Positions 1-8,792 of a stretch of 58,571 bases of DNA are shown here, in pieces (positions within the stretch are counted from its first letter, which is position 1; the number at the start of each line of letters is the position of its first letter). Below the pieces are notes generated by a model. The model was not told the DNA's origin, made no database searches, and saw only the letters and a list, made by a program, of their open reading frames with translations. The position numbers were made by a program, and so were the translations under genes. The stretch comes from an uncultured Caldimicrobium sp. (GTDB taxonomy: Bacteria; Desulfobacterota; Thermodesulfobacteria; Thermodesulfobacteriales; Thermodesulfobacteriaceae), in contig CAZQQV010000001.1 of assembly GCA_964595655.1 (NCBI GenBank), forward strand, positions 1 to 58,571, written 5' to 3'.

Positions 1-33
1 GAGCTCTGTAAGAGACACGGATGTGATTAAGAC

Positions 34-61
34 TTGTTTTAGGGATTAGATTTAATATAAT
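34..61 (+). promoter_or_regulatory. Putative sigma70 promoter of the MNT-HEPN-cheA operon
   Basis: TTGTTT(34-39)-16 nt-TATAAT(56-61), followed by a GGGAGGAGG SD before ATG 81. Confidence 0.5.
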
Positions 62-80
62 TTATTAAGGGAGGAGGGAG

Positions 81-374
81 ATGATGAGAAATCTTGAAGA
101 GATAAAAAGAATACTTGCTGAGCATAAAGAGGAGATAAGAGAAAAATACGGTGTGATAATTATGGGTGTCTTTGGTTCTTATGTCAGGAGCGAGCAGAAG
201 GAAACAAGCGATATAGATATCTTAATTGAAATTGAAAAGCCGATCGGACTTAAGTACTTTGAGCTATGGGACCACCTTGAAAAGTTACTTGGCTGTGAAG
301 TTGATTTTGTAAGAATGAAACTGTTGAGAGAAGAAATAAAAGATGGAATTTTAAAAGAAGTTGTGAGCGTATGA
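81..374 (+). CDS. Minimal nucleotidyltransferase (MNT/MntA-type antitoxin)
   Basis: GS-x10-DxD motif (GSYVRSEQKETSDID), 97 aa, stop overlaps the downstream DUF86 start. Confidence 0.9.
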   Translation: MMRNLEEIKRILAEHKEEIREKYGVIIMGVFGSYVRSEQKETSDIDILIEIEKPIGLKYFELWDHLEKLLGCEVDFVRMKLLREEIKDGILKEVVSV

Positions 375-730
375 AAAGAAAAGCAAGCTTTTACATTAAA
401 GATATAATTGATGCAATTGAAAAGATTGAAGAATTCATCGGCAATATGAGCTTTGGAGAAATGATTCAGGATGATAAAACGGCAAGTGCGGTGCTGAGAA
501 AAATTGAAATAATTGGAGAGGCGGTAAAGCAATTACCTCAGAATGTGAAAGATAGATTCCAGGAGATACTCTGGTCAGCAATGGCAAAGACCCGTGATAA
601 GATAATCCAGTTTTACCACGGTGTAGATTATGAAATCGTATGGAAAATAGTAAAAGAAGACTTACCGACTTTGAAGCCAGAACTTATCAGAATTTATAAG
701 ATATTGCACGAGGAGGAAAGTTATGATTGA
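371..730 (+). CDS. HepT-like/DUF86 HEPN ribonuclease toxin, catalytic His replaced by Gln
   Basis: IIGEA and RDKIIQFYHGVDYEIVW are typical of DUF86; paired with MNT. Confidence 0.85.
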   Translation: MKRKASFYIKDIIDAIEKIEEFIGNMSFGEMIQDDKTASAVLRKIEIIGEAVKQLPQNVKDRFQEILWSAMAKTRDKIIQFYHGVDYEIVWKIVKEDLPTLKPELIRIYKILHEEESYD

Positions 731-3368
731 TGAGGATATTCTTAAAGATTTTTTGGTTGAGGCCAAAGAGGGAATTTCAAAAATGGAAGAAGAGTTTATT
801 GAGCTTGAAAAAGACAGGGGCAATCTGGAAATTATCAAAAGCCTTTTTCGGACCATGCATTCCCTTAAAGGGGCAGCGGGCTTTTTTGGTTTTAAGTCCC
901 TTGAGGGAATAGCTCATTTTGCAGAAGATATTCTTGGAAAGATAAGAGACGGAGAACTTCCTGCAACTGAGGAGGTCTTTGATATTCTCTTGAGGTGTCT
1001 TGACGAAATCAAGTATATTGTTGCTTACATAGAAGAAAACAAAACTGAGCCTATTGAGGATAGGCTTCTTGATTTTCTTGTAGAATTATCCAATTTTACA
1101 GAAAAGATAAAGAAAAAGCTAAGAGAAAAAGAAAGTGAAGGCAAGCCTGCAGAAGAGGAAAAGATTGTTGAAAAAAGAAAAGTATCAGAAGAAAAGAAAG
1201 AGGCTCCTGAAGAAACATCAACACTATCTTTTCAGGAAATAGAAGAGGAGAAAAAAGAGCTTCCAAAGGAAGCACCCAGGGAGGAGAAGAAAGAAGAAAA
1301 GGCTATCCCCTCACGGGAGGTAAGCCTTGCCGAAACCCATGTTAAGGTCTCAATTGAACTTCTTGATCAGCTCATGAATCTTGCAGGAGAGCTTGTGCTT
1401 GCAAGAAACAGGGTAGTCCAGCTTGCCAATCGTATAAATGATCCAGAACTCTCAAGAAGCGTTCAGGCTCTCTCCATGGTAACAACCGAGCTTCAAGAGA
1501 CCATCATGAAAACTCGTATGCAACCTATAGGGGTGGTTTTTAACAAGTTTCCAAGGATAGTGAGAGATCTTGCAAAAGCGTTAAATAAAAAGGTGAATTT
1601 ACATCTTGAAGGAACAGAGACTGAGCTTGATCGTTCCATTATTGAGGCCATAAAGGATCCCCTCACCCATCTTGTGAGAAATGCAATTGATCACGGAATT
1701 GAACCCCCTGAAGTGAGAACCCAGATGGGAAAATCGCCTGAAGGAAATCTTTATCTCAGGGCCTATCATGAAGGCGGTCAGGTTATCATTGAAATAGAGG
1801 ATGACGGTAAAGGTATTGACGTTGAAAAGGTAAAGCAAAAAGCCATAGAAAAGGGTTTTGTTACCCCCGATGAGGCAGAAAGACTGACAGAAAAGGAGAT
1901 TCTTTCTTTTATTTTTAAGTCAGGTTTTTCAACAGCTGAAAAGGTGACTCAGATCTCAGGCCGTGGTGTGGGAATGGATGTGGTTAAGACAAATATTGAG
2001 AAGCTCGGTGGCTCCATTGAATTAAACACCCTTTTAGGAAAGGGGACAACAGTAAGGATAAAGATACCTCTTACTCTTGCGATCATTCCAGCACTTATTG
2101 TTACCTCTCATGGTCAGCGCTATGCTATTCCTCAGGTAGCCCTAAAAGAGCTTGTTACCATAAATCCAGAAAGAGACATCTTAAAAATGGGGGATACAGA
2201 GTTTTATCGGTTAAGAGGTGAAATAATACCAGTGATAAGGCTTTCAAGGGTTCTTGGGTTTATCAATGGAAAATCTGAGAGAAATCTTGTTATTCTCACA
2301 ACTGGAGAAAGGCCTTTAGGTCTTCTTGTTGACGAAATATATGATTCTGAGGAAATTGTGGTAAAACCTCTTGGCAAGTGGTTTAAAAATATCCCCATAT
2401 ACAGTGGGGCAACCATCATGGGAGACGGAAAACTTGCCCTTATTCTTGATGTAGTGGGGCTAAGCCATGTGGCAGGATTGAAAACAGAAGATATAGAAAG
2501 AGCCTTTGAGGAAAAGAAGATCAAAACTTCTGCAGAAGAGACCCAGTTTATTCTTATTTTTGATATAGGCGAGGATTCCTTTGCTCTTCCCCTTGCTCTT
2601 ATTTCGAGGCTTGATAAGGTCAAGGCTGAAGATTTGAAAATTGTTGGTGGTAAAGAGGTTGTTCTTTATAAAAACAAAGTCATTCCCGTAATCAGGCTTG
2701 AAAATTATCTACCCATTCAGGGAACTCCGATTCAGGATGAGTATAATCTTCTTTTCTTCTCAGAAAGAGATAAAACCTGTGCTATTCTTTGTTCAAGGAT
2801 TGTGGATACCTTAGAGACAACCCTTGATGTGGAAACCGATCTTTATCAACAGCCTGGAATTCTTGGGCACAGAATTATCAACGACAAAACCGTTCTTTTC
2901 CTGGACATTTACAAAATAATTGAAATGTATGATCCTGAATGGTTTGTGGTGAAAAGAAAAGAAGAAGAGGTGTCTTATCTTATTTTACTTGCAGAGGATT
3001 CTCCTTTCTTCCAGAATCTGATTAGAAACTATCTTGAGCAGGCAGGCTTTCAGGTAGAATTAGCACCAAATGGAAAAGAGGCCTTAGAAAAACTTAAGGC
3101 AGGCCTTAAGCCTCATCTAATTATTACAGACATTGAAATGCCCGTTATGAATGGTTTTGAACTGATTAAAAATGTAAGAAGTATTCCTGAATATAGGGAT
3201 ATTCCAATCCTTGTGTTAACCTCCCTTACAGGCGAGGATATAAGAAGAAAGGTTTTTGAGCTCGGTGCCAATGCTTATGAAGTAAAATTAGAGAGAGAAA
3301 AAGTTCTTTCTGCAGTTACGGAGTTATTACATCAGAAAGAGGAAGAATCTAAGGCAAGTCGTGGATAA
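723..3368 (+). CDS. cheA: Hybrid chemotaxis histidine kinase CheA (Hpt, dimerisation, HATPase, 2x CheW, C-terminal receiver)
   Basis: FRTMHSLKG Hpt, HLVRNAIDHG N-box, DDGKG, SGRGVGMDVV, REC LLAEDS...ITDIEMP. Confidence 0.95.
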   Translation: MIDEDILKDFLVEAKEGISKMEEEFIELEKDRGNLEIIKSLFRTMHSLKGAAGFFGFKSLEGIAHFAEDILGKIRDGELPATEEVFDILLRCLDEIKYIVAYIEENKTEPIEDRLLDFLVELSNFTEKIKKKLREKESEGKPAEEEKIVEKRKVSEEKKEAPEETSTLSFQEIEEEKKELPKEAPREEKKEEKAIPSREVSLAETHVKVSIELLDQLMNLAGELVLARNRVVQLANRINDPELSRSVQALSMVTTELQETIMKTRMQPIGVVFNKFPRIVRDLAKALNKKVNLHLEGTETELDRSIIEAIKDPLTHLVRNAIDHGIEPPEVRTQMGKSPEGNLYLRAYHEGGQVIIEIEDDGKGIDVEKVKQKAIEKGFVTPDEAERLTEKEILSFIFKSGFSTAEKVTQISGRGVGMDVVKTNIEKLGGSIELNTLLGKGTTVRIKIPLTLAIIPALIVTSHGQRYAIPQVALKELVTINPERDILKMGDTEFYRLRGEIIPVIRLSRVLGFINGKSERNLVILTTGERPLGLLVDEIYDSEEIVVKPLGKWFKNIPIYSGATIMGDGKLALILDVVGLSHVAGLKTEDIERAFEEKKIKTSAEETQFILIFDIGEDSFALPLALISRLDKVKAEDLKIVGGKEVVLYKNKVIPVIRLENYLPIQGTPIQDEYNLLFFSERDKTCAILCSRIVDTLETTLDVETDLYQQPGILGHRIINDKTVLFLDIYKIIEMYDPEWFVVKRKEEEVSYLILLAEDSPFFQNLIRNYLEQAGFQVELAPNGKEALEKLKAGLKPHLIITDIEMPVMNGFELIKNVRSIPEYRDIPILVLTSLTGEDIRRKVFELGANAYEVKLEREKVLSAVTELLHQKEEESKASRG

Positions 3369-4272
3369 AAAATTTTATTTCCAAAATCAGCAGGACTTAA
3401 AAAAATTTTTCCGTACCAAAATTAAGGAGCTTCATCCTGATAAAGGGGGTGACAGGGAAAAATATTTGGAATTTGTTGAATGGTATCAAAGAGTTTTGAA
3501 TAAAATGTATACAAAGCCTTTGATTCGGGTTTTGAAAAACTCCTTTCCCGAAGGTAATTTCTATTATAGAATTGAGACCTTCACGATTAAAGAGGTTTCT
3601 TTAGGATTGGTAAAAAAATTCAAGCTTCCTGTTAGAGAAAAAATTTGTCCCTCCTGCAAAGGGAGTAAGAGAGCCCTTTCGGGAAGTAGAAAAATCTGCG
3701 GAAAATGTGAAGGAAAGGGGTTGCTAAACTTTGAAAATAATGGGGGATACATTCAACTTAAATGCTCCTTTTGTGAAGGAAAGGGGTATATTTACACAGA
3801 CCTTTGCCCGGAATGCTTTGGGAAGGGAAAAATAAGAGAGGAAGAAATCGTAGAAATTAAACTGCCCTATGGTTTAAGGGAAGGAGACATTCTTTTTATC
3901 TCTAAAGAACTTTTTGATTCCCCCTGGGATTTTTATATTGAGGTTAATTTGGAACCCCATCCCTGTTTTAAGCTTAAGGGAGACAATCTTATTTATGAGG
4001 CTAAAATAAAGTTTTATGAGGTATTATTGAAAGACCATATAGTAATTGAAACTCTGGAAGGTCTTGAAGAGGTGCCAACAGAGGTATTTAAAAGAGGAGA
4101 GCCCGTTATTTTCCCTGGAAGAGGCCCTTATCTTTCTGAAGATAAACTCTGGGAGAGAGGAGATTTAATAGTTTCTCCTAAAATAATTTTCCCAGAAAAT
4201 ATTAATGAAAAAGCCAAAAGGGTTTTAAAAAACTTTGTTAAATACTTAGAGGAGGGCGAAAATGGAGGCTAA
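3361..4272 (+). CDS. DnaJ-like protein (short J-domain, 4 CxxCxGx(G/K) zinc-finger repeats, C-terminal DnaJ domain)
   Basis: LHPDKGG; CPSCKGSK, CGKCEGKG, CSFCEGKG, CPECFGKG; RGDLIV...FPE. Confidence 0.85.
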   Translation: MDKKFYFQNQQDLKKFFRTKIKELHPDKGGDREKYLEFVEWYQRVLNKMYTKPLIRVLKNSFPEGNFYYRIETFTIKEVSLGLVKKFKLPVREKICPSCKGSKRALSGSRKICGKCEGKGLLNFENNGGYIQLKCSFCEGKGYIYTDLCPECFGKGKIREEEIVEIKLPYGLREGDILFISKELFDSPWDFYIEVNLEPHPCFKLKGDNLIYEAKIKFYEVLLKDHIVIETLEGLEEVPTEVFKRGEPVIFPGRGPYLSEDKLWERGDLIVSPKIIFPENINEKAKRVLKNFVKYLEEGENGG

Positions 4273-4732
4273 AGGTATAGCTCTTGCTGGTGAGATCAAA
4301 AAGGGAATTTTACTTCAGAAAACTATTCCAGTTGTTACTTTTTATCTTGGCGATTTTCTCTTTGGAATTTATGCTGAAAAGGTTATGGAAATAAACAAGG
4401 ATCTTGATATTACTCCTGTTCCCCTTTCTGCTCCTTATATTTTGGGAATTATGAACTTAAGAGGCCAGATACTTACTGTAATTGATCTTGCTAAAAAAAT
4501 AAATTTTAGAGTTGAGACAAAACCCAGGCTGAATCTTATTATAAAAAATAAAGATGAAGCAGCCTCATTTCTAATAGAGAGAATTAGTGATATTCTTGAA
4601 ATTCCAGAGGCTAAATTAGAAAATCCTCCTGAAAAAATTGAAGGTTTTGATAAAGAATATGTAGAAAAAATTTATCAATTACCAGATAAACTTCTTGCCA
4701 TACTTAATGTGGAAAAACTTTTTGAAAACTAA
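4262..4732 (+). CDS. cheW: Chemotaxis coupling protein CheW
   Basis: ITPVPLSAPYILGIMNLRGQILTVIDL signature. Confidence 0.92.
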   Translation: MEAKGIALAGEIKKGILLQKTIPVVTFYLGDFLFGIYAEKVMEINKDLDITPVPLSAPYILGIMNLRGQILTVIDLAKKINFRVETKPRLNLIIKNKDEAASFLIERISDILEIPEAKLENPPEKIEGFDKEYVEKIYQLPDKLLAILNVEKLFEN

Positions 4733-4735
4733 TTT

Positions 4736-5374
4736 TTAATCCCTTTCTTCGTAAATACCAGCAAAACTTAAAAAGACTTTCCATTTTTCTTTTTTATGGC
4801 TGGGGAATTCCTCAAGAATTAGGGCTTGCCATCTTGGGGCTCGAGGTGTTTTAATAAGTTTTAGACCCGCCTCTTCTGGAGTTCTATTTCCCTTTTTTAT
4901 GTTGCATTTTTTGCAACAGAGAACCACATTGCTCCAAACAGTCTTTCCACCCCTGCTTTTGGGAATAACATGGTCAATGGTTCTATCCTTTGGATTTTTA
5001 AGGAGCTTTCCACAATACTGACAGGTAAATTTATCCCTTAAAAAGAGATTTTGCCTTGTGAAGACCACCTCATTTTGTGGAAGAGATTCAAAAAAGGGAA
5101 GATAAATAGCATCAGGGACAAGGAGGCTAATTGATGGACTTTTTATGAATTGAAATTCTCCGTTTTTTCCATTCTCGTAAAATTTACTAATCTGAACCCA
5201 TTCTTCAAAGGTGTGGGTCGTCCAGTCAGGGGTAATAACTTTGGCAGTTCCTTTCACCAAATGGCAAATAGCCCTTTGAAGAGTGGTTATTTGAACAGCT
5301 TGATAATATTTATTTAAAACAAGGACCTTTTCCTGTAAAATGTTTTGCCCCAATTTTAGCTCACCACTGGACAA
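4736..5374 (-). CDS. HNH endonuclease (McrA-like); start codon uncertain
   Basis: RDKFTCQYCG...TIDHVIPKSRGG..W.NVVLCCKKCNIKKG. Confidence 0.88.
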   Translation of the reverse strand: MSSGELKLGQNILQEKVLVLNKYYQAVQITTLQRAICHLVKGTAKVITPDWTTHTFEEWVQISKFYENGKNGEFQFIKSPSISLLVPDAIYLPFFESLPQNEVVFTRQNLFLRDKFTCQYCGKLLKNPKDRTIDHVIPKSRGGKTVWSNVVLCCKKCNIKKGNRTPEEAGLKLIKTPRAPRWQALILEEFPSHKKEKWKVFLSFAGIYEERD

Positions 5375-5589
5375 GTCATAGTATGATTAATAGCAGGAAT
5401 ACTCTGAAATTTTTCAAGGAGCAGTTTGGAGATGTCTTCATAATGGGGAACTTCAACCTCCACAATGATGTCATAAGGGCCCATAATAACATCAAAGCGC
5501 TTAACTTCAGGAATTTTTTTCAGTTCTTCAACCACCTTTTGAGTCTGCCCAATCTGGGTGTTAATTAAAACATAAGCTCTGATGGGCAT
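5356..5589 (-). CDS. Stand-alone Lrp/AsnC ligand-binding (RAM) domain protein
   Basis: RAYVLI...GPYDIIVEVE...HTMT pattern, 77 aa, GGAGG SD. Confidence 0.85.
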   Translation of the reverse strand: MPIRAYVLINTQIGQTQKVVEELKKIPEVKRFDVIMGPYDIIVEVEVPHYEDISKLLLEKFQSIPAINHTMTCPVVS

Positions 5590-5661
5590 TTTCCCACCTC
5601 CTCAAATTAAAGTAATTTTTTAAATCTTAAAGCAACTTGAGGAATTTACAAGTTTTACTGC

Positions 5662-6708
5662 TTAACTTTGGATAAAATGAGTTTTTAGTTGATTAATGAG
5701 TGAAATTACTTTAAGAACCCCTTCTTCTTCCAAACTTCCCATTCCACAAGCTGGAGTGAGAATAATTTTTTTGAGTAAAAGGGATTCATCTAAGGAAGTA
5801 ACCTTTGAAAGCTCGTGTAATTGTTTTTCAAATCTATTTAAAACATCTTTTTCTGAAATTTTCATTAAGGTATCCCTGTCTGTGGGAACAGCTCCCATAG
5901 CTAAGTAAGTTCCCTCTCTTAAAAGAAATCTCTTTAAACTTTCAGAAAAAATAACGAATTTATCAAAATAAGAGAAACTATCAAAGTTAACCACTTGCAC
6001 TTGAGATTCGAAAAGAAGATCCCAGGATGTATTGGCACATACATGTATTCCTGTGATAATGTCAAAGGAGTTAAGAACAGTTATGGGTTCACTTAAAAGT
6101 TCTAATACCAATTCCTTTGATAGGGTTATGTAGGCACTGCTTCCAAAACCAGAAAGCCCTGGTTCATCCAAAAAGAGAATTACTCTTTGAGCCTTTTGTT
6201 TTAAATAATAGACCTGTAATAGTGCCTTTAGGGTTAAAAATTTAACCAGCAAATCCCTAAGGTCATCCCGAAAAATTAATACCTGCTTTTGTTCTGTTTT
6301 AAGGGCTATTCCAAGGGTAAAAGGTCCAGTTATCTGACCTTTCAGTATAGGCTGATTTCTCTTTCCAGCTTCCTCAACAAAAGATAAAAAGGCCTTGGAA
6401 AAGGATAAATCAAAGGCCTTAAGCAGTGGTTCAAAATTTTTGTTTTCAGTAACTTCAAGGTAGATTTCGTAAATTTTAAGAATCTTTTCTTCAAAATCAG
6501 AACCTCCTGTGAAAATAATCTCCTTTTCTATGGAAAAGCCCGGGAAATCTCTGATAAATTGCCAAAGCATCCCTTCTTCTTTAAATTTGGGAAGTTGCGG
6601 CCAGGCTGGAATATCAAAGGAAAAGGAAACTTCAAGAGCTTTAGCAATGTCCACATAGGGAAGACTTCCAATGTGAGTGGTTTTAAGGGATAAATCAGGG
6701 TAAGACAC
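5662..6708 (-). CDS. Cobalamin-independent methionine synthase II / UROD-superfamily TIM-barrel protein
   Basis: TTHIGSLP, WPQLP, KGQITGPFTLG, FLDEP, GIHVC, TPACG Zn ligands; start moved to GTG 6708 behind GGAGGG. Confidence 0.75.
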   Translation of the reverse strand: MSYPDLSLKTTHIGSLPYVDIAKALEVSFSFDIPAWPQLPKFKEEGMLWQFIRDFPGFSIEKEIIFTGGSDFEEKILKIYEIYLEVTENKNFEPLLKAFDLSFSKAFLSFVEEAGKRNQPILKGQITGPFTLGIALKTEQKQVLIFRDDLRDLLVKFLTLKALLQVYYLKQKAQRVILFLDEPGLSGFGSSAYITLSKELVLELLSEPITVLNSFDIITGIHVCANTSWDLLFESQVQVVNFDSFSYFDKFVIFSESLKRFLLREGTYLAMGAVPTDRDTLMKISEKDVLNRFEKQLHELSKVTSLDESLLLKKIILTPACGMGSLEEEGVLKVISLINQLKTHFIQS

Positions 6709-7492
6709 AGAGCCCTCCTTGGCCTTCTCTCTCACAGGAAGTCTCACTTAAATTAGAATTTTTCATTAAAAGCTTAGCCTCAATATCTTCAGGGGCAGTA
6801 TATATAACCCAGGTTTTATTTTGCTTTTCTATTAATATGGGAACATTTTTAATGTCAAATAGTTTAATCAAAGGATAAATTTTATGAAAAGGGATAGTAT
6901 TTATATTTTTAAGATCTATTTTTGATAAAAGATCTTTACAACGTGGACAGTCTTCAGAGTATATCAAGAAAAATGTTTTAGAAAATTTGGGAAAATAATT
7001 AAGTTCAGGAGTTGTAATTTTGTAGGCAATTAAATTTCCGAATAAAAGCCCAAGGATGATAAAAAAAAGGGTGGTTACAGTAAATTTTAATTCTTTAAAA
7101 GAAATTATATAAGAAAGGATCGTTAGAAAAAGAATTATAAAAATAGCAAGACAAAAATAACACATTAATTGGTATTCTAATAACAGTTTTGCAATAAATA
7201 GAGTATCTGCGGAAAATCCGGCAACAATTGTAAAAAATAGTAAATTTAAAAATAAAGGCCCTTCTGTATAAAGATAGATTTTTGTTAACAAAAATAATAA
7301 AACAAAATAAAAAAAGGCCAAAATTAAAAGATAAGTTTTAGGAATTATTAAGAGGTGGGATGCAATTTCACAGGTTTTGGCTTCGCACAAACCTTTTCCA
7401 AAGTGATTTAAAAGAAGTTCAGCAGATATCAAAAGCAAAGCAGAAAAAATAAAAAAGTAAACCCAAAGAGCCCCTTTATTTTTATTTTTCAT
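6695..7492 (-). CDS. VKOR-like membrane disulfide oxidoreductase fused to a thioredoxin-like domain
   Basis: Loop Cys pair (CEAKTC), TM CYFC motif, soluble CPRC...VP, several TM helices. Confidence 0.65.
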   Translation of the reverse strand: MKNKNKGALWVYFFIFSALLLISAELLLNHFGKGLCEAKTCEIASHLLIIPKTYLLILAFFYFVLLFLLTKIYLYTEGPLFLNLLFFTIVAGFSADTLFIAKLLLEYQLMCYFCLAIFIILFLTILSYIISFKELKFTVTTLFFIILGLLFGNLIAYKITTPELNYFPKFSKTFFLIYSEDCPRCKDLLSKIDLKNINTIPFHKIYPLIKLFDIKNVPILIEKQNKTWVIYTAPEDIEAKLLMKNSNLSETSCEREGQGGLCVLP

Positions 7493-7568
7493 AGTTTGCT
7501 CCTTGAAAAAATAATTTTAATGAGCTATTTCAAATTTTGCAACAGATCTCCTTGATGATTTTTGGCTC

Positions 7569-7597
7569 TTGTTTAAATATCTTCCTTGAGTTATAAT
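7569..7597 (+). promoter_or_regulatory. Sigma70 promoter of the lptA operon (likely leaderless)
   Basis: TTGTTT-17 nt-TATAAT; ATG 7605 lies 7 nt downstream and there is no SD. Confidence 0.65.
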
Positions 7598-7601
7598 TTT
7601 T

Positions 7602-8066
7602 ATGATGTATAGAAAATTTGTTTTCCTTTGGCTTTTACTAATTTTAAGTTTGATTCCCCTTCTGGGTTTTGGAAAGGATATTAATATTGCTGCTGACAAA
7701 ATGGAGGTTTACGAAGATGATGGAATAGCTGTCTTCAAGGGAAAAGTTTTTGCAGAAACTAAAGGAATGAAACTCTGGGCGGATACCCTTTATGTTTATT
7801 ATACTAAGGGAAATGAGGGAAGACAAATTCAACGAGTGATAGCCCTGGGAGGAGTTAAAATAGAAAAGGGAAATTGGAGAGCTGTTGCTGGAAAAGCCAC
7901 CTATTTCAAACCTCAAGAAAAATTGGTTCTTGAAGATACCCCCAAGGTCTGGCACGATAAAAATTTTGTGGAGGGGGATATTATAATTATATATTTTAAT
8001 GAAGACCGAAGCGAAGTGATTTCTAAATCGGGAGGAAGAGTTAGGGTCAAAATTCATGAAAGTTAA
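7602..8066 (+). CDS. lptA: LPS transport periplasmic protein LptA (OstA family); start may be 7605
   Basis: Signal peptide, INIAADKM, FKGKV, LWAD, ALGGVKI; upstream of lptB. Confidence 0.85.
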   Translation: MMYRKFVFLWLLLILSLIPLLGFGKDINIAADKMEVYEDDGIAVFKGKVFAETKGMKLWADTLYVYYTKGNEGRQIQRVIALGGVKIEKGNWRAVAGKATYFKPQEKLVLEDTPKVWHDKNFVEGDIIIIYFNEDRSEVISKSGGRVRVKIHES

Positions 8067-8790
8067 CGGAACAGTTCTTGAAGCAAAAAATTTGAAAAAG
8101 AGGTTCAAAAAAAGGGAAGTGGTGAGTGGGGTGTCCTTTTTATTGAAAAAGGGTGAAATAGTAGGGCTTCTTGGCCCAAATGGAGCAGGTAAAACTACCT
8201 CATTCTACATGGTTGCAGGATTCATTAAGCCTGATGAGGGGCGCCTTTATTATGGAGATAGGGAAATTACCAATCTTGATGTTTCTGAAAGGGCAAAACT
8301 TGGAATCATTTATTTACCTCAGGAGCCCTCAGTTTTCAGAAATCTAACTGTTATGGAAAACTTTAAGATTGTATTAGAAAAATGGGAAAAAAAGGTGGAA
8401 TATCTTAGAGAAAAACTTGAGAAATATATAGAGCTTTTCAATCTTAAAGAAGTTTTAAACATAAAGGCCCATTATCTTTCGGGAGGTCAAAAGAGAAAAG
8501 TTGAAATTCTTAGGGCCCTTTTGATTGAGCCTGACTTTATCCTTCTTGATGAGCCCTTTGCTGGGATTGACCCAATTGGTATTTCTCAATTAAAGGATAT
8601 CTTTAAAACCTTAAAAAATCAGGGATTGGGCTTATTAATTTCTGACCACAATGTAAGGGAAACTTTAAAAATTTGTGACAGAGCTTATGTTATTGCTGAA
8701 GGAAGAATAATCGGATTTGGAACCCCTGATGAAATCATTAATATAAGTGAAGTTAAAGAAAAATATCTTGGAAGGGATTTCCAGATTTAA
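8056..8790 (+). CDS. lptB: LPS export ABC ATPase LptB
   Basis: GLLGPNGAGKTT, YLPQEPSVF, LLDEPFAGIDP, ISDHNVRETL. Confidence 0.95.
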   Translation: MKVNGTVLEAKNLKKRFKKREVVSGVSFLLKKGEIVGLLGPNGAGKTTSFYMVAGFIKPDEGRLYYGDREITNLDVSERAKLGIIYLPQEPSVFRNLTVMENFKIVLEKWEKKVEYLREKLEKYIELFNLKEVLNIKAHYLSGGQKRKVEILRALLIEPDFILLDEPFAGIDPIGISQLKDIFKTLKNQGLGLLISDHNVRETLKICDRAYVIAEGRIIGFGTPDEIINISEVKEKYLGRDFQI

Positions 8791-8792
8791 AG

